Positions 7,585-17,796 of a stretch of 24,386 bases of DNA are shown piece by piece (the first letter of the stretch is position 1; each line of letters opens with the position of its first letter). This stretch comes from Prasinococcaceae sp. CCMP 1430 (Eukaryota > Plantae > Prasinodermophyta), in contig RQSC01000015.1 of the NCBI GenBank assembly GCA_013416795.1, positions 580,462-604,847 on the forward strand, read 5' to 3'. Under the pieces are notes generated by a model, which worked only from the letters and a program-made list of their open reading frames with translations, made no database searches and was not told the DNA's origin. Made by a program: the position numbers and the translations under genes.

Positions 7585-8199
7585 GCAAGCGCCCGCTCAC
7601 CGAGTCGGAGATGGCCGACTTCGAGCGCGACCACCCGGAGCTCTGCCCGTGGCTGAAGGAGGACTCGGCGGAGAGCGCCGGCGGCTGGCGCGCCGAGTGC
7701 AAGGAGCTGCTCAACGACCTCCTCAAGAGGAAGGAGAGCTTTTTCTTCCGGAATCCCGTGGACCAGGCCGAGGTGGACTACCACTCGGTGGTGAAGTGCC
7801 CGATGTCGCTCAACGAGGTGCGATTGCGCGGATGACGCGCGCTCGAGCCCAGACCCACCCGCCGCCTTCTCGGCGACCCTCTGCGCACGTCCTGACGACG
7901 TCGTCGCCCCGCGCCCGCTCGGCCCGCTGCGGCTCGCGCGGCGACCCTCCCGCTCGCCGCTCATCCCGCGCCGCGCGCAGGTGAAGGAGCTCTTCGAGGC
8001 GGGCAAGATCAGCGACCCCGAGGACTTCGTGGACCACGTGCGCCTCGTCTTCCGCAACTGCTGGTACTACAACCCGCCCGAGCTCACCGGCCCCAACGGC
8101 GTCAAGCAGAAGAACAGCGTCTACTACTCCGGGCGGACCATCTCGAAGCACTTCGAGGAGAAGCTCGCCAAGCTGCGGGGGGACAACATCTTCGGCTGA
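7585..8199 (+). CDS. Bromodomain protein (BET/GTE-like bromodomain), 5' end unresolved. Exons ~7585-7817 and 7981-8199.
   Basis: CKELLNDLLKRKESFFFRNPVD...DYHSVVKCPMSL + VKELF...FVDHVRLVFRNCWYYNPP, containing the FxxPV, PMxL and conserved Asn motifs. Phase-0 GT-AG intron at 7818-7980. Confidence 0.88.
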
Positions 8200-8742
8200 C
8201 GCGGGCGCCGGAGGCGGCGGGAGTAGCCCCACGCGCCCTAGGACTGTAAGCCAGCCATTCAGTGCGTGCGCGCGCGCGCGTGCGTGCGTCTGCGCGCGTC
8301 TGCGCGCGTATGCGCGCAAGCACGCGCTTGCGTGCCTGCCTGTGCCTCCCTGTGCGTGCGTGCGCACAGCGCACGCACGCGGCCTCTCCGGAATTAAGGT
8401 TAGGGCTAGGGTTGAGAACTGCCTCAATAGGGTACAAACATGGTAGGGTCCATAATATAATGCATTTTGATGTACTTTTCAACGACGGCGTTCGGGGGCG
8501 CACCGGACTGCTGCGCCACAGCGCGCGCGCGCCGCCCTCCAGCTGCCGCCGCCGCTGGGCGGCGGCTGGTGGTGGGCGTCATGCGCGCCGTGGCGGCGTC
8601 GACGGNTCAACGGCTGCTCAACCAACTCCTGCCTGCGGCGTGCGGCTTATCCACATTTCCACGGAGAGTGGCGTCACGCGCGCGACTCCGCGTATTTGGA
8701 TATTGAAGGTCCAAAGAGTTTGGAAAACACGGAGTAAAAAGA

Positions 8743-11700
8743 GTGCGCGTGCTGGGGAGCGCGGCGGGAACGAAGAAGGCGGAGGAGATGCTCGTCGAGA
8801 TGCTCGACAGCAGGATGGCGTGGTACTCGCGAGGCGCCGGCCGCGGCGGCGCAGCACGCGAGGGCGCTGTTGCCGGCGGCTCCGGGGGTGCGCGGGGGGC
8901 TGCGACCGCCGCGGGCGCACCGCCGGCGAGCCACTTCAGCCTGCCGTGCCTGCCGCACTGCCTGACGATGCTCAGCAAAGCCACGCGCTGCGGCCACATC
9001 AACTTCGCCAAGCTGGCCGACGCCTCCGCGGAGCCCGCGCGAACGGTCGCTGCGGCGGTGGGCTCGCTCGCCGCAAAGCTCGGAGCGCCCGCGGGCGTGC
9101 GCGTCGAGCTCGAGGCCGAGGTCCCCGCCGAGGTGGCCGCCTACTGGGAGCGCGTGGGCGTGCCGACGCACGCGGGACAGGGGGTGCGCGTGCGCACGCT
9201 CGCCTTCAGGTTGCTGCCGCCCCTCGGGGCGGAGCTCGGGGGCGAGCGGGAGGGAGCCGCGCCCGCCGATGATGCGAGCGCGGGCCGCGCGCAGGGAAGG
9301 CCGCTCGCCGAGGTCCAAGCGAAGCTCAACAAGTGGTCGCAGGCGGTGGTGCGCCAGGCGATGGATAGGGAGGCGACCAGGGAGCGGGAGGGCGCCGGTG
9401 GCGACGGCGACGATGGCAGCGGCGGCAGCGACGCGGCGGCCGCCCCCGGGCAGTTCCACGCCGAGCGCACTATCGAGCAATGGAAGGTTGGCCCGCTGCT
9501 GCGTCACCGCTTCCCCAGCGGCAACGCCTTCGCCGCCGAGCTCCGCGAGCGCCTGGGCGCCGCCCTCCGGATTGGCAGGGAGGACCGCGGTCGGCTGCGT
9601 TTCAGGGCGCGCACGCAAGAGGCGGCCGACGCGGCGGTGCGCATGCTCGAGGAGACGCTGGCAGACCTGGCCAGCGGAAGCAAAGGAGGTGATCAGGGGC
9701 AGGCGCACGCGGAGCACCGCGACTTGTTCGGCGCGTCGCGCGGCCCGCCCAGGGCCGCGGGTGGCGGCCGCCAGCCTGCCCAGGCCGCCCCGAAGAAGCC
9801 CAGCGGGCCCATCACGCTCCCCGAGAGCGCGACGCTGCGCGAGCTGGCGTCCCTCTTCGGCGTGCCCGCCCTGCGCATGCGGCGCGTGCTGGACGCCCTC
9901 GACATCGAGGCGGGCAACTCGGATGTCATCTCGATGGACGTGGCCGAGCTCGTCGCCACCGAGTGCGGCGTGGACGTCACGCGGCCGGAGCGCCGCGGCG
10001 ACCTCACGGAGGCGGAGCGGGAGGGCACGGGGAGCGGCGCAGAGCTGCCCTCGCGCCCGCCCGTGGTGGCGGTGATGGGGCATGTCGACCACGGCAAGAC
10101 CACCCTGCTAGACGCGCTCCGCTCGAGCAGCGTGGCCGCCGCGGAGGCCGGGGGCATCACGCAGCACGTGGGCGCGTTCGTCGTGGACATGCCGCACTCG
10201 TCCAAATCCATCACAGTGCTTGACACACCGGGCCACGCGGCCTTTAGCGCGATGCGCGAGCGCGGCGCGCAAGTGACCGACGTGGCCATCGTGGTTGTGG
10301 CCGCGGACGACGGCGTGATGCCGCAGACGGAGGAGGTGCTGGACAAGACGTACCGCGCCGGCATCCCCATCGTGATTGCGATCAACAAGTGCGACAAGCC
10401 GGGGGCTGACCCGGACGCCGTGCGCGAGGAGCTCGCGACGCGCTACCAGGTCGCGCTGGAGGGCCACACGGCGTTCGGCGGCGCGGGCGACGTGCAACAC
10501 GTGGAAATCTCCGCGCTGAAGCGGCAGGGCCTGCGCGAGCTCGAGGAAGCCGTGCTGCTGCAGGCCGAGATCATGGAGCTGAAGGGCGACCCGAGCGAGG
10601 CCGGCGCGGGCGTGGTCATCGAATCGCGCGTCAAGAAGGGCCGCGGCACTGTGTGCACCACGGTAGTTTCGAAGGGCACCCTCAAGAAGGGCAACTTCGT
10701 CGTCATTGGCTCCGAGTACGGGCGCATCAAGGCGCTGCGTCGCCCCGGCGGTGGCGCAATGGGCGAGGAGCGCGGAGCAGCATCCGCCGGTGCCGACATC
10801 AAAGAGGCGGGGCCTTCCGAGCCGGTTGAGGTCTACGGGCTGGATGCGGTGCCAGAGGCGGGCGAAACACTCCTGGTGGTCGACAGCGAGGCGCGCGCGA
10901 AAGAGGTCACGCGCGAGCGTCGCCTGGCCGCGGCGCAGGGCACCGCGCGCATTCGAGTTGCCGAGGCCGCGGAGACCGCGCGCGCCGAGACCGCGGCGCG
11001 CGAGCGCATGCTGCGCGAGCGCCGCCAGGAGCTCGATCGCCAGCTGGAGAAGGAGGGCTTCTACAACCCGCGGTACCGCGCCCGCCTCATCTCCATGCGA
11101 CTCGAGGAGGAGGCCAGCGACGCGGCACGCGCCGACGAGCTGGCGGCCGCCGAAAAGAGCCGCGCGTTCGCTGACGGCATCATCGAAATGGGGCTGCCGG
11201 AGTCGATGCCCGTCATCGTCAAGGCGGACGTGGCGGGGACCAACGAGGCGCTCGTTGATATGCTCGCGAGCCTCTCGGCGGTGTCGCCAGTGCCCATCAA
11301 GGTCATCCGCGCGGAGGTTGGCGCCATCTCCGACGGCGACGTCCGCGAGGCGGCCAGCCACGGCGCGTGCGTTGTGGGGTTCAACGTGCACACGGTGGGC
11401 AAGGCGGTGGACCGCAACGCCGACCAGCTGGGCGTCCAGCTCTTCCGCTCGCGCGTCATATATAGCCTCATCCACGAGGTTGGCGAGCACATCGCGGGCA
11501 TGCTGCCAGGTCGGAAGAGCATCGCAAAGGCTGGAGAGGCCGAAGTTGCGGCTCTCTTCGAGGTCAAGGGCAAGGTGCGTTTAGGTCACGATTGCATGTC
11601 TGACGGAGGCGCCGCGTTCCCGCGCGCGCGAGGGCGTGCCTCGATGCGGGTGCCTCGCGTCGCGCGGCTGGCGCGTCGCGCCGCGCTCGCACCTCCTCTT

Positions 11701-12040
11701 CTTGGCTAACAATCGCGCCCGCGCTGCTTCACTCGTCTCTCTGCAGCGCGGCGAGGCCCCCACGACCATCATGGGATGCCGCGTGAGGGACGGCGCGCTC
11801 GTGGGGTCTGGCCAGGTGCGCGTGGTGCGCGACGGCGAGGTCGTGCACGAGGGCCCGGTGGCGTCGCTCAAGCGCGAGTCGAAGGAGATCCGGGAGGCCG
11901 CCAAAGGCACCGAATGCGGCCTAGTGCTTGAGGGATTCGGCGGTGCGCGCGTCGGTGACAAGCTGGAAAGCATGGTCATGGAGGTCGTCAAGGCCAAGGT
12001 TGTGCAATCGAGCGACGGCTCGCTGCGATTCGAGCAGTAG
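8743..12040 (+). CDS. MTIF2: Translation initiation factor IF-2, organellar and probably mitochondrial. Exons ~8743-11574 and 11747-12040. The true start is possibly the ATG at 8581.
   Basis: IF2_N (ITLPESATLRELASLFG), G1 GHVDHGKTTLLD, GGITQH, DTPGH, NKCD and VIVKADV, followed by the C-terminal GCRVRDG/GTECG domain. Phase-0 intron 11575-11746 has a gctaac branch site. An Arg/Ala/Ser-rich presequence-like peptide starts at 8581 in another frame. Confidence 0.93.
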
Positions 12041-12334
12041 CCGCCCACGCTCGAGGTGACCACGCATCGCACAAGCCTGCGCTGCCTTGCCTCCACATTT
12101 TTTTGTTTTTACCGCCATGCACTCGCCGCCGAGTTGCGAGCGCTGGCGCGTAACACGCATACATTTTTTTGGGGCGTCGAGGTACACACACTATTGCGCC
12201 TAAGGAAGCAAGGCCTCGGCCTTTCCTCTCCCTGGGTCTCATATGCATTTGTTGTGGCAATGGTCGTAGGCCAAGTATCATATAAGCCGCACACTTCTCG
12301 ACAGCTCCAACGCTGTACATACATGCTGCGCCAT

Positions 12335-15300
12335 TCACTTGGCGGTGACGTACGTGCTGCCGAACTGGGAACCCTGCAGTGTGCCGTACGTGAGCTTGAG
12401 CTCGGACCCCCATTCGGTGCACAGCCGTTTGAGCGGCAGCAGGCTCGCCGTGTGCGCCGAGCCGCGCCAACCAGTGCAGTTGGCATCGAGGTGCCTTGCT
12501 GCTTGGGCCGCTGGTGCGCGCGCATGGCGTTGGGAGCAAATAAAACGCCGTAGCTCTTGTGCGGCGGCCCTCGAGGAGCGCCCGTCGGGCGTGGGCCCAA
12601 ACTTTGAGTGCTGGTGGAGTGCTTGCGGGGTGGCACGGATCATGTCCCGTCGCACCATTTCGTAGCCTGATGGGCGCTGCGACTTGTCTCCGAGCTGCCG
12701 CGGCAGATCCTCGGGCGGCGGGGGCGGCGGCCGCACGAGAGGCTCCGGTAAGCTGCCTTGCGGGAGCGAAACAGACAATGGTGGATGGTGTGAAGCGCTC
12801 TGCGGCGGCGGCGGTGCGCGCTGCATTGTAGTGGCGTCCGCGTTGTCAGGCCAGCTTGCGACGCGCGCAAGGTTGATCCGCCGGCCCTGGATGGCATTTC
12901 CGGGGTGCTGAACGCTGACTGTTCGCTGCTGCTGCTTTGACTTGCTCGCCCCATGCTGCGATCTTGATTTCGAGTGGTGATGATCTGCGGCGCCGCCGCC
13001 ATGGTGGTGCGTCTTGGCATTGAACGCCCTCGCAGTGGTCGCCAGTGCGCCGTGCGTACCCGACGTGGATGCGATGCCCTTGCCACGTTTGCTGCCAGGC
13101 TGATGGCCGACAACCTTGAGCTGATCCATGGTCTGGTGGTTGAGCTGGACCACCAGCGTAGCGACCTCATCGTATGACCTGCTGCGCACGAGCATAACGA
13201 GCTGCCCTTTGGCCTGTAGCGTCGTCTGGGCCTGCAGAAAGATGGCGTCCTCGGAGATGAGCACAAATGCGCAGCTGTCGGATACCTTCTCCCGAATCTC
13301 GGCGGCGAACATGCAGAGTACTGCGTCGGCTGAGTCTTTGACGGGCCGCGTCGCCTCCAAGTGAAGCTGTTTGCGCGCAAGCATGCGTTGCGCGCTCTTG
13401 TTTTGAATCATGCTATGCATGGTTGTGCCCGCATCGGCACCGGCCTTGCCGCTTCCGGCGCCTCTGCTGCCTGGCCCGACGTCCTCGCGCGCAAACGCAG
13501 CCACAAGCACGCCATCTGCGGGCATCTCGAAAGGGAGCTTCTCGAAGAAAGAGGGCCAGTTGTCAAGATCGAGCAATACCATCACATTCGCGTCCGCGAG
13601 CGTATCGCTGTCCCAAGGTAGTGCGTCCTTTGGCTTGCCCGAGGCCTTGCTGCCGGCTCGCTTCGACTGGGGCTTGGCGGCGACAGGAGCAGTCTCCGCA
13701 GCGGTAGTGAGTGTAGGACTCGGCGCGGGAGGGGTGGCATCATCGTGACCGTCATCTGCCCCGGCGGGGGCGGCTTGGCGGGCACCACCGAGGTCAGACG
13801 GTCGGTCAGCGTGCGACGGGGCGACGCTGATGACGCCCGGTGATGGCTCCCTCCCCCGAGGATCGTCGGCATGCTCGCGCGGGCTGCCAGTGCTTCGCGA
13901 GGACGAGGGACCCGAAGCGTTTGGGTCCTCTTCGAGGAAGAGGCCGGTTTGCCAATCTGAATCGTCGCCGCGGCTCTCTGCGCTCGTGGTGGTTGCATCG
14001 TCGGTTGGCGCACTCGGTAGGACGCATGCAGCACCCATCCGTGTTGGATCTGGCGCGACGGTGGATGGCGCAACTTTTGGGGCGCCGGGTTGCGCGTTCC
14101 CCGGCTCACCGAGAGCCATGACTGCATCCATCGCGCGGAACGCCTCCGCACGCGTGGCGAAGCTCGCGCGCACCTCCCATGATCCGTCTGGGCGAGGTGC
14201 GATGGTGCAGCCCAGGGAAAGGCTGCTATCACGGTGATCTTCAGACTGCGGTGCCACCGCATGCGAGGGAATATGCTGCGGGGGCAGAGGATAGTGGGTA
14301 GTAGCAGGAGGCGGCATGGCGCCCGTTGGCCACGCGTCATGATAACCCTGCTGGCGATGTTGCGGAGGTGGGGGAGGATGTGGCATCGCGGCCAATGGAT
14401 CAACCACGTGGGAATAGTGCGGTCGCTGGACGTCACGGTCAGCCGCGATGAGCTGCTGGCTGAGCTGTTGAATAGGGTCGAGACCTTCGTTCAACGAAGG
14501 GGAAAAGGATTCGTGTGCGGCGCCGGGGCTGTCGCCCTGGATGTCGGAAGTCCACGTCTGGTCGATTCGGAATTTGTCACGCCTGGTGTGATCGTCGCTG
14601 CCGCACTCGTGTCTTTGGAAGTCATGGCTGTTGTCATTGCCACTGCCATCGCTCGATGGGCAGCTGGTTTTGTCCACCGCGTCGCTGTCAGGCGAGACGG
14701 CGCTCCCTGCCATCAGCGCCTCTTCGAGACGCCTGTGGTCAGTGGCAGCGTAGAAAGGAGACGCGGTGCCAGGAAACATTGAAGAAAGGGGCGAAATAGC
14801 ACGCTCCTGACGACGGAGCGCATGTACACGTGCGTCGCGACAGCCTTCTCCTCCTTCGCCGCTGCTGCAATTGCCACTGCTGCTGCTTGCGTGCATCTCT
14901 CGTTGGCCCTGCACCTCTTCAGAGAGAAACCAGTGGGTTGGGCCGTCCGCATAGCTGCCGAGGTCGGAGCCATCAATGACAGGGGTATTCGCGCTGTCGG
15001 CTTGAGCAGAGCCATCGGAATCGCGACTGCCCTCGCAATGCGCAGTCTCCACGAAGCTGCTCTGTAGCCCATCGCCTTGCATCAACCCTCGAACCTGCTC
15101 ATCATCACTGGCAGAGGGCGACGTCTGATCTGCACTTGCGCCACCCATCACGTCGCCTCCAGCATCAGATTCCCCGGAATTGGCCGCTTCCCGGTCTTGG
15201 CGAAGCAGGTGCTGCGAGGACTGCAACGGGTTGGCGTTGCAGCGACTATCACGCACGTCATCGTTGAATCCATCGCGGTGCGCGGTGCGGCCGGGAGCTC

Positions 15301-15730
15301 TGCCAGATTTGCCGTCTGCCCCGTCCTGGTGGTCACAGCCCTCGCGAGAAACGTCGCCTCTGGTAGGGCTCATACTGCTGCTCGCAAGCTGTTCCGGAGA
15401 CCGCATCCGCTGCTGTTGTTGGAGATATTCGTATATGCCTACCCTCCTCTCGGGATCCGCTGCGTCTGCAGCAACTGCGGCGTGTGAGCTCTCCTCTTCC
15501 CAGGCGTAGTCCTCGCACTCCGCGAAATCGTCGTCGTCACCATTGCCCTCGCTGCTGCTGTTCGGGTCACCATTATTGTGGCGATGACTGACGTCCTCTG
15601 CGTCATGTACGCCACGGCCAAAGCCGAGCTCACAACCAGTACCGATGTCGGCAACGTCGGCACCCTCGCGTCGTGGGGCGATCAGCACGATGTCGTCCAA
15701 ACTAGCGGAGTCTTCCTCGCTGCTACCCAT
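12335..15730 (-). CDS. Large, mostly disordered protein with a ZNF451-C-terminal-type PIN/NYN-like domain (about 13590-13180) and a possible C-terminal winged-helix (LOTUS-like) domain
   Basis: Single long ORF with ATG at 15730. VLLDLDNWPSFFEKLP ... KDSADAVLCMFA ... FVLISEDAIF matches the ZNF451 PIN-like pattern (FVDFDNW..FF..LP, KDAADFAICMHA, FTILSGD). Confidence 0.75.
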   Translation of the reverse strand: MGSSEEDSASLDDIVLIAPRREGADVADIGTGCELGFGRGVHDAEDVSHRHNNGDPNSSSEGNGDDDDFAECEDYAWEEESSHAAVAADAADPERRVGIYEYLQQQQRMRSPEQLASSSMSPTRGDVSREGCDHQDGADGKSGRAPGRTAHRDGFNDDVRDSRCNANPLQSSQHLLRQDREAANSGESDAGGDVMGGASADQTSPSASDDEQVRGLMQGDGLQSSFVETAHCEGSRDSDGSAQADSANTPVIDGSDLGSYADGPTHWFLSEEVQGQREMHASSSSGNCSSGEGGEGCRDARVHALRRQERAISPLSSMFPGTASPFYAATDHRRLEEALMAGSAVSPDSDAVDKTSCPSSDGSGNDNSHDFQRHECGSDDHTRRDKFRIDQTWTSDIQGDSPGAAHESFSPSLNEGLDPIQQLSQQLIAADRDVQRPHYSHVVDPLAAMPHPPPPPQHRQQGYHDAWPTGAMPPPATTHYPLPPQHIPSHAVAPQSEDHRDSSLSLGCTIAPRPDGSWEVRASFATRAEAFRAMDAVMALGEPGNAQPGAPKVAPSTVAPDPTRMGAACVLPSAPTDDATTTSAESRGDDSDWQTGLFLEEDPNASGPSSSRSTGSPREHADDPRGREPSPGVISVAPSHADRPSDLGGARQAAPAGADDGHDDATPPAPSPTLTTAAETAPVAAKPQSKRAGSKASGKPKDALPWDSDTLADANVMVLLDLDNWPSFFEKLPFEMPADGVLVAAFAREDVGPGSRGAGSGKAGADAGTTMHSMIQNKSAQRMLARKQLHLEATRPVKDSADAVLCMFAAEIREKVSDSCAFVLISEDAIFLQAQTTLQAKGQLVMLVRSRSYDEVATLVVQLNHQTMDQLKVVGHQPGSKRGKGIASTSGTHGALATTARAFNAKTHHHGGGAADHHHSKSRSQHGASKSKQQQRTVSVQHPGNAIQGRRINLARVASWPDNADATTMQRAPPPPQSASHHPPLSVSLPQGSLPEPLVRPPPPPPEDLPRQLGDKSQRPSGYEMVRRDMIRATPQALHQHSKFGPTPDGRSSRAAAQELRRFICSQRHARAPAAQAARHLDANCTGWRGSAHTASLLPLKRLCTEWGSELKLTYGTLQGSQFGSTYVTAK

Positions 15731-16199
15731 TTTTCGCAGCCTATGCCGCACGTGCGCATTCACTGCAGGCCCAGCACCTCTGCCGGACAAGACGAGGAGC
15801 CGCGGCCTGGGTGCGCACACCGGCAGCGAGAGAGCGGTTCCGCCAGAGCCCCTCGGATCGCCACCGCGCAGCACTTGCCCCTTCTCTGCTCACGCGGCCC
15901 ACCGCCTTTTGCTCTGCTCGCTTTCGCCCCTGCACCGCTGTCTGTCAGCGCGCGCAGAAAAAAACTCTCGCGCCACAAGAAACCTGCCTTCGCCCTGCCG
16001 GCGGCGCTGGGCGCGCTTAACCCCCCCCCGCCCCACGCCCACCGCACCCCTCGGCCTCTCACCTGTAGGGCCCACGCACGCGACACCTCCTCCCCCGCTG
16101 ACCTCCCCTCCCCCCCTCCCTCTGTGGCCCCCGGCCGCCCGCGCGCGCTGTGGCCGCGCGCAGCGCGCCCCCGCCCGAGAGGGTGTTACCGCCTGCGGC

Positions 16200-16220
16200 A
16201 AAAAAAAAAAAAAAAAAAAA
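16200..16220 (+). repeat. Poly(A) tract, 21 nt
   Basis: Direct count. Confidence 0.95.
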
Positions 16221-16737
16221 CATCGGTGAGGAATATACCGGTCATCCCGATTGGTTCGACGACAGGACAGGCAGCGCAAAACAGCGCCCAAAACGCCACG
16301 AGGCATGAGTTTGGGTTATTACATCATTTCTAATTTGAGCACACGCCCTCCCTTTTTGTGTGTTTGTGGTAGGATGAAAAAGGGTTCAATACCTTCGAAA
16401 AAGTTGGTCATTTTGAGAGGGTTTCGCACGGGCGTATTTTCCGGGGGAAATTCCGTCGAAAACGTCCGGAGGAAAATCCGGGGGGGGCGGCGCGCGCGCG
16501 ACGTAGCGCGCGACGAAATCCTTTCCTACCGCATAAATCCGCGGTTTGAACCTGTGTTAGTCTCCTCTGAAGCGTGAAATGGAAGGTGTTATCATCGAGT
16601 ATGGTGTGGGAAATGTAATTGCGGTTGTTTGAGTTTGCGTGGGAGCGCTTTTGTTGAAAACGGTGCCGCAAAACCGGCGTCGGCGTGGTCGCCCGGGGGG
16701 GGCGACGCCGCCCGCCCCACCATTCGCCTGAGCGCTC

Positions 16738-17697
16738 ATGCGGTACTTTTGGTGCGTGGCGCGCCGGAAGCCGCCGCGCACGCGCGGGCGGCGGCGGCCG
16801 GCGGCGGCGTGCGAAGCAGAGGGGCTCGTGCTCGTGCCCAGCAGCGACGAGGCACGCCACTTTCGCTCCCTTGGTGGCGGCGACGATGGGGCTGTAGAGC
16901 TCGCCAATGCGCCCGGCGACTTCTTCGAGCTCTTGGGGCTGGAGGAGGACTGCACGGAGGACGACGTGAAGGCGTCCTACAGGAGATTACAGAAGATTGT
17001 CCACCCGGACGTCGCGGGCGCTGCCGCCTCCGAGGCCTCCGCCCTCCTGAACGCCGCGCTGCCGCTGCTCTGTGACGAACAGTTCCGCGTACGCTATGCC
17101 GCCGCGCGGCGGCGCCTGCGTGAGCTCGGCGAGGGTGGCTTCGACGGAACGTGCGTGAGCACTTGGGCTGACGGCGAAGACGGCAACCCGCTGGCGGTCT
17201 TCGTCGATGAGGGGCAGTGCATCGGCTGCACGCACTGTTCTGACATCGCGCCGGACACCTTCGCCATGGAGATGACCCACGGGCGCGCACGGGTGACCAC
17301 GCAGTGGGCTGACGTCGCCGAGGCCATATCGGAGGCGATAGACATGTGCCCCGTCGACTGCATCTATTACGTCCGAAGCACGTCGCTGGCGCTGCTCGAG
17401 TTCGTGATGAAGGGCTGCGAGCGTGAAGACATCGCCATTCTGAGGCGGCGACTCAGTGGCAACCTCAGCTCATCCGCATCCAAGGAGTCGCCCTTCACCA
17501 AGGCGGAGGTTTTCCTCAAGGCCCGCAGCAAGAAGGCGGATCGTCCACGTGACGGCCCCGTGGGTTTCGACCCGCGCCAAGCCGCTGTCGATGATAGCGT
17601 CGACGATGCGGAGCTCGCCGAACACGCGGCGAGCATAGCGCGCGCGTTCCTCGCGCTCCCTGCGGACGTTCGCGAGCAAGGATGGCCTCGAGGATGA
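16738..17697 (+). CDS. DnaJ-ferredoxin protein (chloroplast CDJ3/4/5, DJC76-type)
   Basis: J domain with HPD (VHPDVAG), followed by ferredoxin VFVDEGQCIGCTHC...CPVDCI. The N-terminus is Arg-rich and transit-peptide-like. Confidence 0.93.
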   Translation: MRYFWCVARRKPPRTRGRRRPAAACEAEGLVLVPSSDEARHFRSLGGGDDGAVELANAPGDFFELLGLEEDCTEDDVKASYRRLQKIVHPDVAGAAASEASALLNAALPLLCDEQFRVRYAAARRRLRELGEGGFDGTCVSTWADGEDGNPLAVFVDEGQCIGCTHCSDIAPDTFAMEMTHGRARVTTQWADVAEAISEAIDMCPVDCIYYVRSTSLALLEFVMKGCEREDIAILRRRLSGNLSSSASKESPFTKAEVFLKARSKKADRPRDGPVGFDPRQAAVDDSVDDAELAEHAASIARAFLALPADVREQGWPRG

Positions 17698-17796
17698 GCG
17701 ATGAGCGCGCGCACGCGCAAGTCACAGAACGTACTGTAAACACACATATGCTGTACTGTGCTACTCCTCGTGCTTTCGCTACGACCGCCCCCCTGC

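Noticed and set aside
16436-16476. Inverted repeat attttcc...ggaaaat in the PIN/CDJ intergenic region
   Set aside because: The 7-bp arms with an irregular interior are compatible with chance.
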